Below are positions 16,514 through 24,000 of a stretch of DNA of 24,000 bases, in pieces (the first letter of the stretch is position 1; each line of letters starts with the position of its first letter). Source of the DNA: an uncultured Pseudovibrio sp. (GTDB lineage Bacteria > Pseudomonadota > Alphaproteobacteria > Rhizobiales > Stappiaceae); the NCBI GenBank assembly GCA_947496145.1, contig CANMBS010000027.1, forward strand, positions 1-24,000, in the 5' to 3' direction. Below the pieces are notes generated by a model. It searched no databases. It saw nothing but the letters and a program-made list of their open reading frames with translations, and was not told where the DNA came from. The translations under genes and the position numbers were made by a program.

Positions 16514-18643
16514 TTAGTGCGCCAGAACTGCCAGAAGCAGAAGAGCAACAATGTTCGTGATCTTGATCATTGGGTTCACAGCAGGACCTGCGGTGTCCTT
16601 GTATGGATCACCAACGGTATCACCAGTCACCGCAGCCTTGTGAGCTTCAGAACCTTTACCGCCATAATTACCATCTTCAATGTACTTCTTCGCGTTATCC
16701 CACGCACCGCCGCCAGCGGTCATGGAAAGTGCAACGAACAGACCTGTTACAATCACACCCAGCAGCATCGCACCCAAAGACGCAAATGCATTCGCCTTGC
16801 CAGCAATCCCGTTGATGACAAAGTAGATAACGATCGGAGACAGAACCGGCAACAAGGACGGAACGATCATTTCCTTGATAGCTGCTTTGGTCAGCATATC
16901 AACGGCACGGCCATAATCAGGGCGCTCCTCCCCCTTCATGATGCCTGGTTTTTCCTTGAACTGACGGCGAACTTCTTCAACCACCGCGCCAGCAGCACGG
17001 CCCACCGCGGTCATTGCAATACCGCCAAACAGGAATGGTAAAAGACCACCGAAGAACAGGCCAACAACGACATACGGGTTAGACAGTGAGAAGTCGATAG
17101 AGGCTTCAGTCATGCCCTTGAAGTAAGGGAACTGATCAGAGTTAGCGACGAAGAACTTCAAATCTTCAGTGTAAGCTGTAAACAGCACCAAGGCACCAAG
17201 GCCAGCAGAACCAATCGCATAGCCCTTGGTTACAGCCTTAGTGGTGTTGCCAACAGCATCCAGCGCATCAGTGGTGTCGCGCACTTCAGCAGGCAGCTCA
17301 GCCATTTCAGCAATACCGCCAGCGTTGTCCGTGACTGGACCAAACGCATCCAGCGCCACAACCATACCAGCCAGCGCCAGCATCGTTGTCACTGCAATCG
17401 CGATACCGAACAGACCAGCAAGCTGATAGGTTACGATAATACCGGCAATGATCACCAGAGCAGGAAGTGCAGTAGATTCCATGGAAACCGCAAGACCCTG
17501 AATAACGTTGGTCCCATGGCCCGTTTGAGATGCACGAGCAATCGACTGCACAGGACGGAAGCTGGTACCGGTATAATATTCAGTGATCCAGATGATCAGA
17601 CCTGTTATCACAAGACCGGAGACACCGCAGAAGAACAGATCCAACGGCGTAAAACTGACACCGTTGCTCATGGTCAGGACCGTATCCATACCGCCAAAGA
17701 CCCAATAGGTCAGCGGAAACAGAATGATCAGCGAGATAATCGCCGTGGCGATGAAGCCTTTATAAAGCGCACCCATAATGGAGTTGGATGCACCAAGGCG
17801 CACGAAGAACGTACCAATGATGGATGCCACAGAGCAAACACCACAGATCAGCATTGGATACAGCATTGCAGACTGCAAATTAGCCGTACCAGTGAAGTAG
17901 ATCGCCGCAAGAACCATCGTTGCAACAAGCGTCACTGCGTAGGTTTCAAACAGGTCAGCAGCCATACCGGCACAGTCACCAACGTTGTCACCCACGTTAT
18001 CCGCAATGGTTGCCGGGTTGCGTGGATCATCCTCAGGAATACCTGCTTCCACCTTACCGACAAGGTCACCGCCAACATCTGCACCCTTGGTAAAGATGCC
18101 GCCGCCAAGACGGGCGAAGATGGAGATCAGGGAAGCACCGAAGCCGAGCGCCACAAGCGCGTCAATCACGGTTCTGGAAGTAGGGTCCATGCCCATCGGG
18201 CCGGTCAGAATGAGGTAGTAAACTGCCACACCCAGAAGAGCCAGACCAGCAACAAACATGCCGGTGATAGCACCACTGCGGAATGCGATAGACAGCCCTG
18301 CCCCCAGGCTCTGGCTAGCAGCTTGTGCAGTGCGGACGTTTGCCCGTACAGAAACGAGCATACCGATAAAGCCTGCTGCACCGGAAAGAACCGCACCGAT
18401 TACAAATCCGATAGCAACAGTAATAGACAGCAGATAAGCAACGATTGCGAAGATAACAACGCCTACGATTGCAACGCTGGTGTATTGACGTGTGAGGTAC
18501 GCCTGAGCGCCCTCCTGAATTGCACCGGCAATTTCCTGCATTTTCGCAGAACCAGTGTCAGCAGCCATCACGCTGCGGATTGCCCAGATGCCATAGATGA
18601 CAGATAGCAAGCCACACGCAATGGTAACAATAAGTTCAGTCAT
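16514..18643 (-). CDS. hppA: Membrane-bound H+-translocating pyrophosphatase, K+-independent type
   Basis: The 709-aa polytopic protein carries [21 protein letters not shown] and [15 protein letters not shown] motifs. The GNTTKA (Lys, not Ala) signature is what I recall as marking K+-independent H+-PPases. The RBS is GGAGGAA. Confidence 0.95.
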   Translation of the reverse strand: MTELIVTIACGLLSVIYGIWAIRSVMAADTGSAKMQEIAGAIQEGAQAYLTRQYTSVAIVGVVIFAIVAYLLSITVAIGFVIGAVLSGAAGFIGMLVSVRANVRTAQAASQSLGAGLSIAFRSGAITGMFVAGLALLGVAVYYLILTGPMGMDPTSRTVIDALVALGFGASLISIFARLGGGIFTKGADVGGDLVGKVEAGIPEDDPRNPATIADNVGDNVGDCAGMAADLFETYAVTLVATMVLAAIYFTGTANLQSAMLYPMLICGVCSVASIIGTFFVRLGASNSIMGALYKGFIATAIISLIILFPLTYWVFGGMDTVLTMSNGVSFTPLDLFFCGVSGLVITGLIIWITEYYTGTSFRPVQSIARASQTGHGTNVIQGLAVSMESTALPALVIIAGIIVTYQLAGLFGIAIAVTTMLALAGMVVALDAFGPVTDNAGGIAEMAELPAEVRDTTDALDAVGNTTKAVTKGYAIGSAGLGALVLFTAYTEDLKFFVANSDQFPYFKGMTEASIDFSLSNPYVVVGLFFGGLLPFLFGGIAMTAVGRAAGAVVEEVRRQFKEKPGIMKGEERPDYGRAVDMLTKAAIKEMIVPSLLPVLSPIVIYFVINGIAGKANAFASLGAMLLGVIVTGLFVALSMTAGGGAWDNAKKYIEDGNYGGKGSEAHKAAVTGDTVGDPYKDTAGPAVNPMIKITNIVALLLLAVLAH

Positions 18644-18823
18644 ATTTCCTCCCCTAAGGGTACCCTGCTACTTACGTAAGTTAACGTAGCAAAATCCACA
18701 CTGCACTTGTGTAAATTCACGCACGCAGTGACGGTATATGTTGGGCACTATCCGTCAAGTTGCTTTTGCGCGGTAGTGGAAGGAAACACGTATGTTGAAA
18801 GCACCGTTTTTCTTTTTAATTTT

Positions 18824-20041
18824 TCAAACTTTAACTTCCCATTTTTCAGTAAACATCAGTGAGATAACAAGAATTAGACATAAGATTACGAAAGGGAATA
18901 CCATAAGGTTCACAGTTTCCCACCCAAATGTGCTTAACAATTTCCCTGAGGAAAACGACGCCGTTGCGACTAACCCAAAGACTAAAAAGTCATTTATGGA
19001 CTGGACTCGGTTCTGCTCTTCTGCCCGGTAAGTCTGTGTCAGCAGTGAAGAGGCCCCAATAAAGGAAAAGTTCCACCCCAGACCAAGTAAAACCAGAGAA
19101 CTCCAGAAGATCCAACGCTCTAGTCCCGTAAGGCCAACCAAAGCGCACACTGCGTAAAGCACAAATCCAGCACCAATAACCGCGTTATGTCCGAATCGGC
19201 TGATCAGGCTACCGGTGAAAAAACTTGGTGCAAACATTGCAATCACGTGCCATTGAATTCCAAGTGCCGCATCTGAATTTGTCAGGCCACACGCAACCAT
19301 AGCGAGTGGGGCTGATGTCATGATCAGGTTCATAATCGCATAGCTGACCATTCCGCAGACCACAGCAACAAGAAATGTCTTTTGCATCAAAATCTCAGCG
19401 AGCGGGCGTCCCCTCCTATTTTTTTCCAGCCTCGGTGGTTTTGGAATCTTCAGGAACGCAACAAAACACAGGCCAATAGCAAGCAACACACCCTGCGCCA
19501 GATAAGTGCCCACAAACAAAAATGGCTCAAACATGCCTTGCGTCATAATCACGGTCTGCGGCCCGACAACACCCGCCAGAATACCGCCCGTTAAAACCCA
19601 TGAAATTGCTTTGGGTTTGAAAGCTGGACTGGCAGTATCTGCCGCTGCAAAACGGGCTTGCTGAGTAAACGCCATAACAAAACCGTTGCTCGCCGTTGAA
19701 AGGCAAAGCAGCAGGAAACTGCCGACCCATGCCGCATAGGCTGCAAGCACAGAAGCGAGAATTCCAAAAAGCAACGCTCCCATCAGCCCGTTTCTGCGGC
19801 CAAAATTCCGCATGAGTATGCCAGCAGGCAGGGTGCCAAGCGCAGTACCCAGAACAAAAGCTGTAACAGGCAGTGTCGCCAGAGACTTATCATCCACAAG
19901 CAGAACGGAAGCAAGAATAGACGTGGTTGCAAAAACAATCGGTGGCACGCCACCAGCAAACGACTGCGCCAATGCAAGCAACAGCGCATTCCGCTTTGCC
20001 AGACCGTCGTCGATAAACGGGGCTGCCTGAGTAATCGCCAT
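18824..20041 (-). CDS. MFS transporter
   Basis: The 405-aa protein has about 12 hydrophobic segments and an MFS loop 2-3 motif, GILMRNFGRRNG. The substrate is not inferable. Confidence 0.85.
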   Translation of the reverse strand: MAITQAAPFIDDGLAKRNALLLALAQSFAGGVPPIVFATTSILASVLLVDDKSLATLPVTAFVLGTALGTLPAGILMRNFGRRNGLMGALLFGILASVLAAYAAWVGSFLLLCLSTASNGFVMAFTQQARFAAADTASPAFKPKAISWVLTGGILAGVVGPQTVIMTQGMFEPFLFVGTYLAQGVLLAIGLCFVAFLKIPKPPRLEKNRRGRPLAEILMQKTFLVAVVCGMVSYAIMNLIMTSAPLAMVACGLTNSDAALGIQWHVIAMFAPSFFTGSLISRFGHNAVIGAGFVLYAVCALVGLTGLERWIFWSSLVLLGLGWNFSFIGASSLLTQTYRAEEQNRVQSINDFLVFGLVATASFSSGKLLSTFGWETVNLMVFPFVILCLILVISLMFTEKWEVKV

Positions 20042-20162
20042 TTTTATAGTCTTTCAAAGAAACAAAGGAAGGAAAGCACAGACTAATGATTTTTACGTAA
20101 TGAGCAACCTTCCACCCCCTTCTGTCATTCACGACTTTGAGAGATATCCGCATAATTAGATG

Positions 20163-20202
20163 AAAAAACGTCATGCCTACACATTATGCCTCAGGCAGGA
20201 CG
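20163..20202 (-). terminator. Rho-independent terminator ending the rib-nusB-thiL-nudix gene string
   Basis: Minus strand CGTCCTGCCT-N14-AGGCATGACG forms a 10-position stem with one mismatch, followed by TTTTTT. It lies 14 nt after the NUDIX stop. Confidence 0.6.
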
Positions 20203-20215
20203 CCCCTTCATAAAC

Positions 20216-20665
20216 TCAGGATGAAGCAAGAATCTGATTGATCACCTCTGAAATTTGCTCAGGATAAATAACCTCTTTGGTCTGGCTAAGCTCTTGCAAC
20301 GTCCACCAGCGATAGGACTTTATAACCTTACTGCCGGGATGAGAAAGCAAACTGCTATCAATCTCAAAATGATGTGTTCGAACAAAATAGTAGCGCTCAT
20401 GTGCCTCTACCCGTTCACCTGATCCCAACTGAAATTGCACAGTACAGCGAAACACGTCATCACCAACTTCAATACTAAGGCCCGTTTCCTCCTGCGCCTC
20501 ACGCTGAGCGGCTTGTGCGTATGTTTCACCAGCTTCCAGCGCCCCACCCGGTGTAGCCCAATGCGGCACCAACTTTGGATTGCGAAGCGTCCAGTCATAT
20601 CGAAACAGCAAAATATGATTATTTTCGTCAAGCAGAAAAAGACGTGCAGCAGGCCGCTTTCTCAT
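20216..20665 (-). CDS. NUDIX hydrolase
   Basis: The Nudix box is GGALEAGETYAQAAQREAQEETGL (GX5EX7REUXEEXGU). The start is either ATG 20665 or the upstream GTG 20674. Confidence 0.85.
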   Translation of the reverse strand: MRKRPAARLFLLDENNHILLFRYDWTLRNPKLVPHWATPGGALEAGETYAQAAQREAQEETGLSIEVGDDVFRCTVQFQLGSGERVEAHERYYFVRTHHFEIDSSLLSHPGSKVIKSYRWWTLQELSQTKEVIYPEQISEVINQILASS

Positions 20666-20702
20666 AGATAACACTCAATCACTTTGAGAGCCGCGCTCTC
20701 TG

Positions 20703-21722
20703 TTAAAAATGCTTAAATCCATCCGCCCCGTGAAGCGCATAATCCTTACCATTAAGACTAATGGAAACGACTTCTTCACTCGCAACAGCCGGCCCCAACT
20801 CCCCGACCTGAGTACAGCTTAAGCCTTCACCCAATATGCGCGTTTCAAAAGCCTTCGCATTCTCAGGCATCACAGCAGCAAGGATCTCATAATCATCCCC
20901 ACCCGTAATCGCAGCTTCTAAAAACGCGGCATCATGAGCAATCATCTTAGATGCAGCATCTGAAAATGGAACCCTATTCAATTTCACAGAGGCACTCACG
21001 CCAGAGGTACGGCACATATGCCCCAGATCAGCAATCAACCCATCTGAAACATCCATCGCAGCAACAGCATAATCACGCAGCGCTGGCACCGCCGCCACAC
21101 GCGGCTGTGGCAACAAATAGCGGTCCAGCAGAAGATCACGTTGCTTAGCAGAAAGCCCACATGTATCTGCAAGCCTTTCATCCAGTCGTAGTTTCAAACC
21201 AAGAGCCGCATCACCAATGGTGCCAGTCACATAAAGCAGCGCCCCGGCAACAGCTTCATTGCGCCGAACCACCTGCCCTTCTGGCACCTGTCCAAAAGCT
21301 GTGATGGAAAGCAGCGGTCCTTGCCGGCACGAAATCGTATCCCCGCCCAGCAGGTCAATCTGAAACTGATCCTGAACCAGCTTCAGGCCACGGCAAAACT
21401 CGGCTACCCATTCTTCGCTGATGTCTTTGGAAAGACCAAGCCCCAGCAGATACCCCAGAGGCTCAGCCCCTTTTGCCGCCAGATCAGAAAGGTTCACACC
21501 AAGCGCTTTTTGCGCCACTTCAAAGGGAGGATCATTTTCAAAAAAATGAACCCCTGCCATCAGCATGTCCTTGGTTACAACCAGTTCACATCCGATGTCA
21601 GGGGTAAAAACAGCAGCATCATCTTGCAGATGCACAGCGCCTGCGCTGGTGGCAAGCGGCGCAAAATAGCGCTCAATAAGCGAGAACTCTCCCGGTCTGG
21701 AGCTGGCAGCCTTCTCGCTCAT
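20703..21722 (-). CDS. thiL: Thiamine-monophosphate kinase
   Basis: GEFSLIERYFAPL...DDAAV...VTKDMLMAGVHF is a typical ThiL/AIR-synthase-related N-terminus. The start is trimmed to ATG 21722, 4 nt after the nusB stop. Confidence 0.9.
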   Translation of the reverse strand: MSEKAASSRPGEFSLIERYFAPLATSAGAVHLQDDAAVFTPDIGCELVVTKDMLMAGVHFFENDPPFEVAQKALGVNLSDLAAKGAEPLGYLLGLGLSKDISEEWVAEFCRGLKLVQDQFQIDLLGGDTISCRQGPLLSITAFGQVPEGQVVRRNEAVAGALLYVTGTIGDAALGLKLRLDERLADTCGLSAKQRDLLLDRYLLPQPRVAAVPALRDYAVAAMDVSDGLIADLGHMCRTSGVSASVKLNRVPFSDAASKMIAHDAAFLEAAITGGDDYEILAAVMPENAKAFETRILGEGLSCTQVGELGPAVASEEVVSISLNGKDYALHGADGFKHF

Positions 21723-21726
21723 GTGT

Positions 21727-22218
21727 TTAGTCTTCAAATTCAGACTGACGCAGCTCGCGGGCCAGACGGTTCATGATACCATTAACCAGACGCGCCTCAT
21801 CCCCCTCATAGAAGGACTTGGCAACATCAATATATTCATTGATGATCACGCGGGCCGGAACGTCCTTTTTGCGCAAAAACTCCGCACAACCAACACGAAG
21901 GATCGCACGCAAGGTGGTGTCGATGCGCTTCAGCGGCCAGTCTTCAGAAAGCGCTGTGTGAATGCGAGGGTCAATACGCAGCTGATCTTCAAACACAGCC
22001 TGCACCAGATCGCGGAACCATGCAGGGTCTGCGTCGCGGTACTGCTCACCATCCACTTCCTGACCAAGACGGTAAGCTTCATACTCGTTCAGCACATCAT
22101 TCAAACGCGCACCAGTGATTTCCATCTGATACACCGCCTGAACAGCAGCCAGACGAGCAACCCCGCGCTTGTTGGCTGGTCTTACTTCAGCGTTTTTCTT
22201 GTTGTTTTCAGTTGTCAT
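21727..22218 (-). CDS. nusB: Transcription antitermination factor NusB
   Basis: The 163-aa protein has [13 protein letters not shown] and ILRVGCAEF NusB motifs. It follows ribH, which is the classical arrangement. Confidence 0.9.
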   Translation of the reverse strand: MTTENNKKNAEVRPANKRGVARLAAVQAVYQMEITGARLNDVLNEYEAYRLGQEVDGEQYRDADPAWFRDLVQAVFEDQLRIDPRIHTALSEDWPLKRIDTTLRAILRVGCAEFLRKKDVPARVIINEYIDVAKSFYEGDEARLVNGIMNRLARELRQSEFED

Positions 22219-22226
22219 TATAAACC

Positions 22227-22676
22227 TTACACACCGAACCGGTCGCGCACGTCAATCATGGCAAGACAAGCTTCAGCAGCACCGCCGCCCTTGTTCTTTT
22301 TAGAAACGCTTGCGCGTGCCCATGCCTGATCATCGTTCTCCACAGTCTGAATGCCATTACCTACTGCAACGTTAGCATCCACAGAAAGATCCATGATCGC
22401 ACGAGCCGACTCGTTAGAAACGATGTCGTAATGGGTGGTTTCACCGCGAATTACAACACCGAGCAATACAAAACCGTCATAATCTGCATCGCCATTTTCC
22501 ATTGCAGTTAACGCCATGGAAAGCGCCGCAGGAATTTCGAGCACACCAGGAACCGCAAGGCGGGAGATTTTTGCTCCTTCACGCTCCAGCACACCTGAAG
22601 CACCTTCATACAGGGCATCTGCCAGATCTTCGTAAAAACGTGCTTCAATAACAAGAATGTGCGGAACCGCGCTCAT
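22227..22676 (-). CDS. ribH: 6,7-dimethyl-8-ribityllumazine synthase
   Basis: The 149-aa protein has [25 protein letters not shown] and GNGI motifs. RBS AGGAG lies 8 nt upstream. Confidence 0.9.
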   Translation of the reverse strand: MSAVPHILVIEARFYEDLADALYEGASGVLEREGAKISRLAVPGVLEIPAALSMALTAMENGDADYDGFVLLGVVIRGETTHYDIVSNESARAIMDLSVDANVAVGNGIQTVENDDQAWARASVSKKNKGGGAAEACLAMIDVRDRFGV

Positions 22677-22833
22677 TTTAATTCTCCTAATGCCAACCGC
22701 TTCTTTTCACTGAACCAATCAGCAAACCACGGGCTTTGGCGATGGGTATGGACAGCACCCACGTATAGTCGCTCAGGAACCACGCCCCGAGCGAAATGTC
22801 CAGATATTTCCAGCAGGATTGTTGCCTATAAGA

Positions 22834-23457
22834 CTATTTTGGATTTTCTGCAAGGCTTGGAAACTCAGCAAGACGGGCAACATAGCGAGCCATCATGTCC
22901 ACTTCCAGATTTACCTCATCCCCCATATGGCGATCAGACCATGTGGTCACTTCAAGCGTATGTGGAATAAGGAAAACAGAAAACGTGTTTCTTTCAGCTT
23001 CATTCACCGTCAAAGACGTGCCATCCAGACAAACGGACCCCTTTTGCGGAATAAACCGCGCAAACTCTGGAGCACACTCAAACTTGATATAAAGGCTCTC
23101 CGGATGCTGACGGCATTCAACAATTTTTGCAGTGCCATCCGCATGACCCAGAACAATATGACCACCCAGCTCAGCCCCCATAGTCAGGGAGCGTTCCAGA
23201 TTAATCCGCTTGCCAACTTTCCAGCTCTTAACCGTAGTCACATTCAGCGTTTCAGTGGCAGATTCAACAGTAAACCAGTTCTGGTCACCATCGCGGCCCT
23301 TGGCAACAACAGTATGGCACACACCGGAACACGCAATTGACGCGCCAATCTCGATCCCGTCAGGATCATAGACAGTTCCAATTTTAGCTCTCTGACCCGC
23401 AGCAATCTGCTCCAGCTCAAGGATTGTTCCAACGTCACTAACGATGCCCGTAAACAC
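22834..23457 (-). CDS. ribE: Riboflavin synthase (alpha chain)
   Basis: MFTGIV...GASIACSGVCHTV in the first half and GGHIVLGHADG...GSVCLDGTSLTV in the second half form the internal repeat typical of riboflavin synthase. The GTG start abuts the ribD stop, and RBS AAGAGG lies inside the ribD 3' end. Confidence 0.9.
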   Translation of the reverse strand: MFTGIVSDVGTILELEQIAAGQRAKIGTVYDPDGIEIGASIACSGVCHTVVAKGRDGDQNWFTVESATETLNVTTVKSWKVGKRINLERSLTMGAELGGHIVLGHADGTAKIVECRQHPESLYIKFECAPEFARFIPQKGSVCLDGTSLTVNEAERNTFSVFLIPHTLEVTTWSDRHMGDEVNLEVDMMARYVARLAEFPSLAENPK

Positions 23458-24000
23458 CTAGAACCTCTTTCTTGGCGTATACCGCCACAACAAATCTTCA
23501 CCCACACGGCGCAGCATCTGCTTGCTATAACCGTCTTGCAGGCTTTCCAGCCCTTCAAACCCGAAGGGTAAAATGCCATCGGCACCAACACTGTGGGCGC
23601 CCTGAAAAATCAACAGCTCATCCACCAGATCATGCGTCAGCAGACCGTGGGCAAGCTCTGCCCCGCCTTCAACCATAATCTGCGAGAGACCATGCATGTA
23701 AAGAGCATAAAGCGCCTTATCAAGGCATACCTTGCCATTTCTAAGGCAATCATTGACGATAACTGTCACACCTTCGCGCTCAAGCGCGCTCACACGGAGG
23801 TCCGGCGCAGCTTCACCAACCAGCACCCACAAGGAATTTTGCTCCGCGTTGCGAACCAGCTTTGAGCTAAGCGGTATACGCGCCTGACTGTCGAAGACCA
23901 CCGGCTGTGGAGAACGCTGCGCCATGCCGGGCAAGCGGCAGGAAAGCTCAGGATCATCCTCCAGAACCGTACCAATGCCAACCACAATGGCATCCGTCTG
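23458..24000 (-). CDS. ribD: Bifunctional riboflavin biosynthesis protein RibD, C-terminal reductase domain (partial; 5' end lies beyond the window)
   Basis: The reading frame is open to the window edge. ...GIGTVLEDDPELSCRL...IMVEGGAELAHGLL...DELLIFQ matches the RibD reductase domain. The deaminase domain is not in the window. Confidence 0.85.
   Translation of the reverse strand, partial: QTDAIVVGIGTVLEDDPELSCRLPGMAQRSPQPVVFDSQARIPLSSKLVRNAEQNSLWVLVGEAAPDLRVSALEREGVTVIVNDCLRNGKVCLDKALYALYMHGLSQIMVEGGAELAHGLLTHDLVDELLIFQGAHSVGADGILPFGFEGLESLQDGYSKQMLRRVGEDLLWRYTPRKRF

Noticed and set aside
17516-18607. A 363-aa ORF on the + strand, antisense to hppA.
   Set aside because: It is a shadow ORF opposite a very well supported H+-PPase gene. 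The composition is low-complexity (R/T/N/H-rich) and there is no RBS.
22677-22833. Fragments reminiscent of an FMN (RFN) riboswitch in the ribE-ribH spacer: GGGGCG, AGCCCGTGG and AGAAG on the mRNA strand, and GACAGC..TATAGTC on the opposite strand.
   Set aside because: The conserved RFN core blocks as I remember them are absent on either strand: GGGTGAAATTCCC-ACCGGCGGTA, GCCGACAGT and AGTCTGGATG. The matching fragments are split between strands. Only an Infernal scan could revive this.
1-24000. A search by eye for CRISPR repeats, tRNA (GGTTCGAATCC-type T-arms), rRNA, IS inverted repeats and transposase, and defence-system genes (nucleases, ATPases, TIR/SIR2, Cas, RM, TA pairs).
   Set aside because: None were found. 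Every large ORF has an ordinary metabolic, housekeeping, membrane or phage-like assignment, and the intergenic gaps are short and non-repetitive.

Overview
This window reads as a core chromosomal segment of an alphaproteobacterium. The evidence is about 50% GC and the synteny plsX-fabH-ihfA-merR, Cbp3-like/yceD divergent from bamE, ribD-ribE-ribH-nusB-thiL-nudix, and a membrane H+-pyrophosphatase. I support 24 protein-coding genes and several intrinsic terminators. Many ORF-track starts were trimmed to internal starts that have better ribosome-binding sites or signal peptides. I found no rRNA, tRNA, CRISPR array, IS element, transposase, integrase or recognisable defence-system gene. The accessory-looking part is the left ~7.9 kb. 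It holds a signal-peptide amidohydrolase and an orphan phage/GTA-like trio (MazG-like pyrophosphohydrolase, DUF2793 fibre-like protein, GH108 muramidase with a C-terminal membrane segment). It also holds a 1020-aa three-domain fusion (APH-type kinase, M23 metallopeptidase, class-III PLP enzyme of the phospho-lyase type) with a divergent Lrp/AsnC regulator. Other points of interest are a tandemly duplicated DUF417 (RclC/YkgB-like) membrane protein and an OprB-type porin with no ATG start and a long structured leader. I do not see a convincing new multi-gene system. The fusion enzyme and the phage/GTA-like trio are the best candidates for follow-up, and both calls rest on motif reading by eye, not on searches.
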